From an uncultured bacterium (lineage in GTDB: Bacteria; Omnitrophota; Omnitrophia; Omnitrophales; Aquincolibacteriaceae), in assembly GCA_964562525.1 (NCBI GenBank), contig CAZLTL010000001.1, positions 104,428-168,427 on the forward strand: 64,000 nt of DNA, written 5' to 3'. Made by a program: the position numbers and the translations under genes. The notes under the pieces were generated by a model. It was not told where the DNA came from and made no database searches. It was given only the letters and a program-made list of their open reading frames with translations. The stretch's first letter is position 1; the number at the start of each line of letters is the position of its first letter. Of the stretch, positions 57,838-64,000 are shown in pieces.

Positions 57838-59793
57838 ATGCAGAATTTTCCTTTCGAGCTTGACCCTTTTCAAAAGGAAGCACTTTCCTGGATTGAACAA
57901 GAGCATTCTCTCTTCGTTTCCGCTCCCACCGGCGCCGGCAAAACCGTCATCGCCGATGCCGCCGTACGCCAAGCCATGGATAAAGGCAAAAAAGTCATCT
58001 ACACGGCGCCGATCAAAGCTCTCAGCAACCAGAAGTTCCGCGACTTCAAGGAAGTCTACGGCATCGATAAAGTCGGTATTTTAACCGGCGATGTTTCGAT
58101 TAACCCCGACGCGCCGGTAGTGATCATGACCACCGAAATTTACCGCAATTGTCTTTTTGAAGCCTCTGAACGCGTGGCGAGTGTCGACTGGGTCATTTTC
58201 GATGAAGTGCATTACCTGGACGACGCCGAACGCGGCACGGTTTGGGAAGAATCCCTGCTCTTTACGCCGCATGAAATTAAAATTCTGGCGCTTTCGGCCA
58301 CCATTCCAAACGTACGCGAGCTTGCCGATTGGATTAAAAGCATTCACGGACGCGACCTTCAAGTCATCGTCGAGAAGCACCGCCCTGTTCCGCTTAAATT
58401 TCTTTATCAATGTCAGGGTAAAGTTTTTGAAGACAGCAAACATCTTTTACGCGAAGGCTATTTTAATAAAGACTCCTGGCGCGTCAGCAGCCGTGAAAAA
58501 CGCCGCGGTATTCGCCCGCCCCGCCCTCAACCCAATTTGCTGACACCGCTCATCAAAGAACTGATTGATCACAAACGATTGCCCGCGATTTACTTTTGTT
58601 TCGGCCGCAAAAAAACCGAGCAGCTGGCATTTGAAACATTAACCTGGAATTTTTTGACCAAAGAAGAACGCATTCAGGTTGAGCGGCTTTTCGACGAACT
58701 CTTGTTTCAGTTCGGCATCGAGAAAGAAGCATCGGCGGAATCGATCCGCCCGCTAATCGTCCAAGGCATTGCCTTTCACCACGCCGGCATGCTGCCCACG
58801 CTTAAAGAAGTCATTGAACGGCTTTTCACAAGTAGACTGATCAAATTTATTTTTACAACCGAAACCTTCGCTCTCGGCATCAACATGCCCGCCAAAGCGG
58901 TTATTTTCGATGAGCTTGAAAAGTTTTACGGCACCGGCTTTGATTTTTTAACCACGCGCGACTTCTTTCAAATGGCCGGTCGCGCGGGACGCCGCGGTCT
59001 TGATCACGAAGGCTTTGTCTATTCGCGCGTTCAGCCCGACCGCATCCCTTACTCACAAATCATGCGAGTTATTTTCGGCGATCCTGAACGCGTACGCAGC
59101 CAGTTCAACACCACTTACGCCACTTTGCTTAATCTTTACCGTAAATCTGGCCGCGACTTGCTCACCATTTATCCGCGCACTTTTCATTGCTATCAATCTT
59201 CGCGCAAAAGACAAGATGAAGGCAAGCAGTTGCTTGAAAACAAAATCGACATGCTGCAAGCGATGGGCTATCTCACGCATGAAGGGCTGACGCAAAAGGG
59301 CGAGTTTGCATCCACCATTTTTGGATATGAACTCATGCTGGCTGAGATGCACGGCGCGGGACAACTTGCGAATCTCAATGAACATGATCTTTGTGTGCTG
59401 CTTTCAGGGCTCATCTTTGAACCGCGCAAAAATGATTTCGCGAAACCTTTATCTATGGCGCATGAAGAACTTTTAAAGGCAGCGAATCACCATCATCGCC
59501 TCATCCATAAAAACGAAGAAAAGTTTGATGTCTTTCCTTACACCAAACGCCCGCATTTTTTCTTAGCGGAGCCCGTTGAAAAGTGGACGCATGGCCTGAC
59601 TTTTGATGAAACATTGAAACGCAGCACGGAAGATGAAGGTAGCTTTGTAAGACATTTACGTATGATCATTCAGCTTTTGCGGGAAATTCAACACGCTCCG
59701 CATTCACCCGCCGCATTGCAAGCCACGGCATCCAAAGCCCGCAAGTTAATCGACCGCGATGTCGTTGACGCCGAGAAACAGCTCCGCGTTTAA
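57838..59793 (+). CDS. Ski2-like DExH-box helicase (HelY-like), 651 aa
   Basis: Motif I is APTGAGKT. DEVH is present. SAT and the motif VI context QMAGRAGRRG are present. The N-terminus reads DPFQKEAL. Confidence 0.8.
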   Translation: MQNFPFELDPFQKEALSWIEQEHSLFVSAPTGAGKTVIADAAVRQAMDKGKKVIYTAPIKALSNQKFRDFKEVYGIDKVGILTGDVSINPDAPVVIMTTEIYRNCLFEASERVASVDWVIFDEVHYLDDAERGTVWEESLLFTPHEIKILALSATIPNVRELADWIKSIHGRDLQVIVEKHRPVPLKFLYQCQGKVFEDSKHLLREGYFNKDSWRVSSREKRRGIRPPRPQPNLLTPLIKELIDHKRLPAIYFCFGRKKTEQLAFETLTWNFLTKEERIQVERLFDELLFQFGIEKEASAESIRPLIVQGIAFHHAGMLPTLKEVIERLFTSRLIKFIFTTETFALGINMPAKAVIFDELEKFYGTGFDFLTTRDFFQMAGRAGRRGLDHEGFVYSRVQPDRIPYSQIMRVIFGDPERVRSQFNTTYATLLNLYRKSGRDLLTIYPRTFHCYQSSRKRQDEGKQLLENKIDMLQAMGYLTHEGLTQKGEFASTIFGYELMLAEMHGAGQLANLNEHDLCVLLSGLIFEPRKNDFAKPLSMAHEELLKAANHHHRLIHKNEEKFDVFPYTKRPHFFLAEPVEKWTHGLTFDETLKRSTEDEGSFVRHLRMIIQLLREIQHAPHSPAALQATASKARKLIDRDVVDAEKQLRV

Positions 59794-59796
59794 AAG

Positions 59797-62700
59797 TTAC
59801 GCAGCCAAAGCAAAAACAAAGTTATTTTCATAAACTCTTTGAAGCTCATTAAGCAAAGAGTCTGCGACTGTCCAAAATCCATTTTCATTTTTTACACCTT
59901 GGAAATGCACGCTTTCACCGCCTGAAACAGCCCATAGAATCGCCGTTGCAAGCGTTCCGCTTTTGTTTCCGTTCGCTTTAAAAAAAGCCACTTTTTTATG
60001 CAAACTTCCAACTAATGCCTGCGTAGGCAAAATGTGTTTTGATAGATGAATGGCAGGAGTATTCATTCTGGAAAAAGCCACGGCGGCTCTTTCAAGATCC
60101 TTATCTGTCCTCTCCACTCGCTCAAGTTTCAACAGAGCATTAAGTTCTTTGTCCTTCACTTGCCCACGCTCGTTATATACCACTATGCGAGCGGCTTTAT
60201 TTGAAAGTGCAATAAATAAACACTCTTGCTTCTGTGCCTTTGACAAACTTAGGAAATCCGCCGCATCTAAAAAAACGGTGAACGGTTTATCGTTTCTTCT
60301 AAGCTGTAGGATCATCTCACGCACATTTCCAGGGTTTTTCGTAGCTGAGTTTTTAGGGAACAATAAATCACTGCCTGAACCCAATTGAAGTTTTTGATTC
60401 CATGCATCTTTATCACCCACAACCACACGACTTTCTGAACGATTAGTTTTTGGAAAAGGAAATAACTTGTGTCCCCAATCTGGGTCAGAATCAGCTGAGG
60501 ACTGTGCATCAGAAATATCCATACCCTCTTCAGAGCCTGGCTCATGAAAAACCAGTTTATAGTCATTGGTATCTGTCTGCTTATACTCAAGAAATCCGTA
60601 ATCATCAGCATCAACACCTTCATCTAACTCAAGTGAACTGAGCTTGAACCCTGGAATATAATTAGATCCTCTTTCTAATGTGAAGTGATCCATAATGCTT
60701 TTCAACGCTTTTCCACCTATTCTTCGAGTTAAAAAGTCCCTTAAAAAATCCATCACCTTATCCGATCGGTTTTGCGCGTGAAAAATATTCTTATCCACCA
60801 TCGATTCAATTTCCAAGTTCACTTGCTCCTCAGAAAGTGGCAAAATATTTTTCAAAACACTTCGGGCAGTTTGGTAGAACACATTTTCATTATCAACTAA
60901 GGCCAGTGTTTCCACGATTTCGCTTAAACGCTCAGAATTATCAAAGTAGTCAAAAACATTTTTTTCAACACTCGTATCTCCAACCTTAACTGGAACCTTC
61001 CCATGAAAAAAGAACTCTTTAATATGGTTTCTTAAAATCGAAAAGCTTGTTTGAGATAGGGTGTCAAGCGACACAAGATCACCAATCAAGGCTGCAACAG
61101 CCTCATCGTCTAGTTCTGCTTCTGGGTTAGAAAGCAAATGAAGGTAATTAAAAACCAAAAAAGCTGGATCAGCATCATCCATCAAATTAAGAAATAAATT
61201 AAACTGCTTCACTTTCTGCCAGCTCTCAGTGAATCCATCTAGCTCTTCACCATCTCGAGCAATCAGGGATTTTTGCTCTGCGGGAGAACCTTCTTCGAAT
61301 TTTTTTCGACTTTCTTCCCAGTTAAATTTATGAATAACTTTGTAATAATGCTCTAGATAACTACGGTAATTTAAAAGCGCCTTGATATTTTCAATTTTAA
61401 AATAAGCATTTTCATTAGCTTTACTCACTTCTTTAAGAATGCCATAGTCATCCAAAATAAATGCGGCTAGAAATTCTGCCAAATTTTCACGCAAAGTAAT
61501 CTGATCTATTTTGCCTGGACGATAAAGAACATCTCGCCCTAAAATTAGCTCGATTTCTGCATCAGATTTATGCACACGGCTTGATTCCGCCGTCCAATCA
61601 GGCCGGATCATTAACCGAACATCCTCAATATTGGCATTAATACGGATATTTCCGATGAGGCTTTGAGGCATTAAGTTAATTGCTTTTTCAATTGCGGAAT
61701 GAATATTTCGCGCCTCAGTCTCGGAAACGCCCTTTTCAAACACAAGATCGCCTATACCGTCTGCAAAAGGCATCTGCAGTCCTTTTTCAAGCTGCTCAGC
61801 TTGTTCTCGCTCACTCTCCAAACGCTGTTGCACAGATGCCGAACTAAGCATAAAAGCTTCTTGTGGAATATCAATAACATATACTTCGCTGTAAGAGTAA
61901 TTGTGCTCTCCTGTAGATAAAACTGTACTAGAAACTAATTTTTCTTTTTTTAGCCACCTCTTCCCTTCTAGCGCTTTTATCACTTCTTTAACATTGTCAC
62001 GGTTGGAATAAATACTCTCAGAGTCAGGAATCACGGCAGCGGCCAAACCGTTTTCAAGCGCTAATCTTTGAGCTGTTTCAAGAAGAGCTAAAACAGCTCT
62101 CTCTGGATCCATCCCCAACTCCTTGTCAGCAAGATTAATTCCAGGAAGTGCCAAAACAGTCCACCCCTTGGGACTTTTACTTCGAGCATAACCTTGAATA
62201 TCTGTCCTTAAAATTTGAACCTGACTCACTGCCGCAACTCTTCCAGAAGAGTTCTTAATTGCTAATTTTCCAAAATGATAATCAGTGTTTTTAACCTGAT
62301 CAGGGCGATAGTAAGCTGTGCAAACACCAGACAACATAAAACCCATCAAATGCAATAGATCGTCAAAAAAACCAACATAAAAAGGTTCTTGAGTCTCTGT
62401 TTCAATAATAGAAAAAAGATCCAGCTCCGCTTCGACACCTTCTATTTCAGGCAAAAAAATCTGTGATATTTTTTGAATAACATGAGCCTTCAAAACACTT
62501 CTATTTTCTTTTATCTTACTCGGCGTAGCGGACGAAGTCAGTCTTTGCGCACGTGCACTAACAAGGGCTTCGCGTAAAATTTTATCCAAATCCTTGAGCT
62601 CGAAAAAGGAATCTCCTCTGTCACGAATGATCTTCGAATGAAGCTTAACGCTAAAAGCAGTTACCCCTTCATCCAGCCAGCGTTGAAACAACAAATCATT

Positions 62701-64000
62701 TTGGAGACTGCTTGTTTTTATGCGAACCATCCATTTACGAAGAAAAAGATCCTCCATCTTTTGGATTCTTTCAGACTTGGAAAGTTTGTCTCCGGAAAGG
62801 ATCTTAACCATATCTTTATCAACATTAAATTTTAATTCGTCCATACCCACTGTTAAGGCTTTCTGAATATCTGCTAAAGCACCCTCTAATTCCACAACAT
62901 TCATCTCTTCCACTTTTTGCATAATAACTTTTTCTAAACGAGTTAACACATGCAGCTTAAAAGTATCCTTAAAAAGTGTTGACCATTTTTGCAACCAACC
63001 TTGAATGCTGGCTTCATCGCTAGGGGTTTGCGACAAATTTGTGGCAGCTAAACCGCCCTCTTTCATTGTGATCTGAATCAAAGCTTGCCGCAACTGTTGC
63101 AGAGCCGTGGAACTCGTATCAAACAAATTACGCAAAACAATCTCTTCTGATTTTTCTTCTAATTTTTTAGGAATTAGCCCCCTTAATGATTGATGAAAAG
63201 CCTCTCGGTTATCACGACGCACTGTTCCTTGAGCGTCATATACGACGGTACTCCGGCTACCGCCAAGCTTATACAAAGACCTTAATCCGGGATCAACCTC
63301 TTCAGTCCAAGCAGCACCTCTGCTTTGGAGAACTGCCTTTATTTTTTCATATATATTCTCATAGCGTTTAGCCGTATCGTTATACATGGGCATGTATTTT
63401 CCAAGCAAAGCCATCTCATCCTTGGAAGTCAAACTATACTTACGCATAAAGTCATCCGTGAAGCCCTTGAAGGTTCCCCAGGCAATGTTTCCAAGGCTTT
63501 CTTCCACATCACGCTTTAACTCTGCCACAATCTGAGGCTCATGTTCATGCGCAATAAAGTATTTAAAAATCGTAAAACTAATGACCTTAAAACCAGCGGC
63601 ATAATAACGATCAATCTGTCCTTTAAAATCACTCCATTCTTGTGCGCCCCAATTTTCAATTTTCCCTGAGCTACCCAACATCTCTAAAACCCCTGAAACC
63701 TCCTGAGGAGCTGCGCGACTTCTTTTTCGAGCAATGGCAATCGTTAAATCTAGTAAATAGTGGAATTTTCCTGCTGTCTGTAAAGCATTCGTGACTGACA
63801 AAGCCCCGCCTACGATATCTTTGCCTTCCCCAAACATTCGAATAATTCTTGTTAACGGATTGTTCGACGGAAGGACATCACGCAAGGGAAGAAAAACAGT
63901 GGAAGGAACTCCCATATTATAAAATGCTTTAAGAACAAGGGTAATATTGTCATGAGTAATCGATAAAAATGAATAAATGTTGGAAAGTGCTTGCTCAGGC
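59797..64000 (-). CDS. Very large hypothetical protein (more than 1400 aa; ORF still open at the window edge) in an AT-rich segment
   Basis: The minus-strand ORF is continuous from 64000 to 59797, with no stop in frame upstream of the annotated ATG at 63915. GC is about 37%, against about 50% for the rest of the window. There is no signal peptide, TM helix or recognisable catalytic motif. Confidence 0.65.
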   Translation of the reverse strand, partial: PEQALSNIYSFLSITHDNITLVLKAFYNMGVPSTVFLPLRDVLPSNNPLTRIIRMFGEGKDIVGGALSVTNALQTAGKFHYLLDLTIAIARKRSRAAPQEVSGVLEMLGSSGKIENWGAQEWSDFKGQIDRYYAAGFKVISFTIFKYFIAHEHEPQIVAELKRDVEESLGNIAWGTFKGFTDDFMRKYSLTSKDEMALLGKYMPMYNDTAKRYENIYEKIKAVLQSRGAAWTEEVDPGLRSLYKLGGSRSTVVYDAQGTVRRDNREAFHQSLRGLIPKKLEEKSEEIVLRNLFDTSSTALQQLRQALIQITMKEGGLAATNLSQTPSDEASIQGWLQKWSTLFKDTFKLHVLTRLEKVIMQKVEEMNVVELEGALADIQKALTVGMDELKFNVDKDMVKILSGDKLSKSERIQKMEDLFLRKWMVRIKTSSLQNDLLFQRWLDEGVTAFSVKLHSKIIRDRGDSFFELKDLDKILREALVSARAQRLTSSATPSKIKENRSVLKAHVIQKISQIFLPEIEGVEAELDLFSIIETETQEPFYVGFFDDLLHLMGFMLSGVCTAYYRPDQVKNTDYHFGKLAIKNSSGRVAAVSQVQILRTDIQGYARSKSPKGWTVLALPGINLADKELGMDPERAVLALLETAQRLALENGLAAAVIPDSESIYSNRDNVKEVIKALEGKRWLKKEKLVSSTVLSTGEHNYSYSEVYVIDIPQEAFMLSSASVQQRLESEREQAEQLEKGLQMPFADGIGDLVFEKGVSETEARNIHSAIEKAINLMPQSLIGNIRINANIEDVRLMIRPDWTAESSRVHKSDAEIELILGRDVLYRPGKIDQITLRENLAEFLAAFILDDYGILKEVSKANENAYFKIENIKALLNYRSYLEHYYKVIHKFNWEESRKKFEEGSPAEQKSLIARDGEELDGFTESWQKVKQFNLFLNLMDDADPAFLVFNYLHLLSNPEAELDDEAVAALIGDLVSLDTLSQTSFSILRNHIKEFFFHGKVPVKVGDTSVEKNVFDYFDNSERLSEIVETLALVDNENVFYQTARSVLKNILPLSEEQVNLEIESMVDKNIFHAQNRSDKVMDFLRDFLTRRIGGKALKSIMDHFTLERGSNYIPGFKLSSLELDEGVDADDYGFLEYKQTDTNDYKLVFHEPGSEEGMDISDAQSSADSDPDWGHKLFPFPKTNRSESRVVVGDKDAWNQKLQLGSGSDLLFPKNSATKNPGNVREMILQLRRNDKPFTVFLDAADFLSLSKAQKQECLFIALSNKAARIVVYNERGQVKDKELNALLKLERVERTDKDLERAAVAFSRMNTPAIHLSKHILPTQALVGSLHKKVAFFKANGNKSGTLATAILWAVSGGESVHFQGVKNENGFWTVADSLLNELQRVYENNFVFALAA

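Overview
This is a 64-kb bacterial chromosomal window of about 50% GC, apparently from a diderm organism given its outer-membrane barrels, an AsmA-like protein and lipoproteins. Almost all genes lie on the minus strand. The core is a large amino-acid and polyamine biosynthesis supercluster, in transcriptional order argC-argJ-argB-argD-argF-argG-argH-lysA-(orf109), then a eukaryotic-type ornithine decarboxylase plus homospermidine synthase pair with its own consensus promoter, then dapF-dapA-dapB. Downstream of that lie a 566-aa outer-membrane protein, a 1790-aa surface protein with CBM-like and Ig-like domains and a C-terminal barrel, a small secreted protein, and the 5' part of uvrA. Further along are rnc, an AsmA-like protein, rplM-rpsI, truA, asd, leuB, thiG, glgA with a stand-alone CBM48 protein, rpmB, recJ, secDF-yajC-tgt-queA, a tRNA-Arg(CCG) flanked by partial copies of its own ends, SpoIID/LytB, MEDS-domain, M48 peptidase, TrmI, HAD, UvrD/PD-(D/E)XK helicase-nuclease, PilZ, EAL, peroxiredoxin, CaCA antiporter, IMPase and Ski2-like helicase genes. 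The window ends in an AT-rich (about 37% GC) ORF of more than 1400 codons that is still open at the edge. The most unusual sequence-level signal is a family of five 115-127-bp intergenic elements, each sitting immediately 3' of a minus-strand stop codon. They share a conserved core, but both the inner hairpin and the outer A-run/T-run arms vary between copies while staying complementary, which points to a REP/BIME-like structured repeat family. A separate BIME-like inverted hairpin pair lies in front of the giant surface-protein gene. No CRISPR array, rRNA or obvious transposase was seen.
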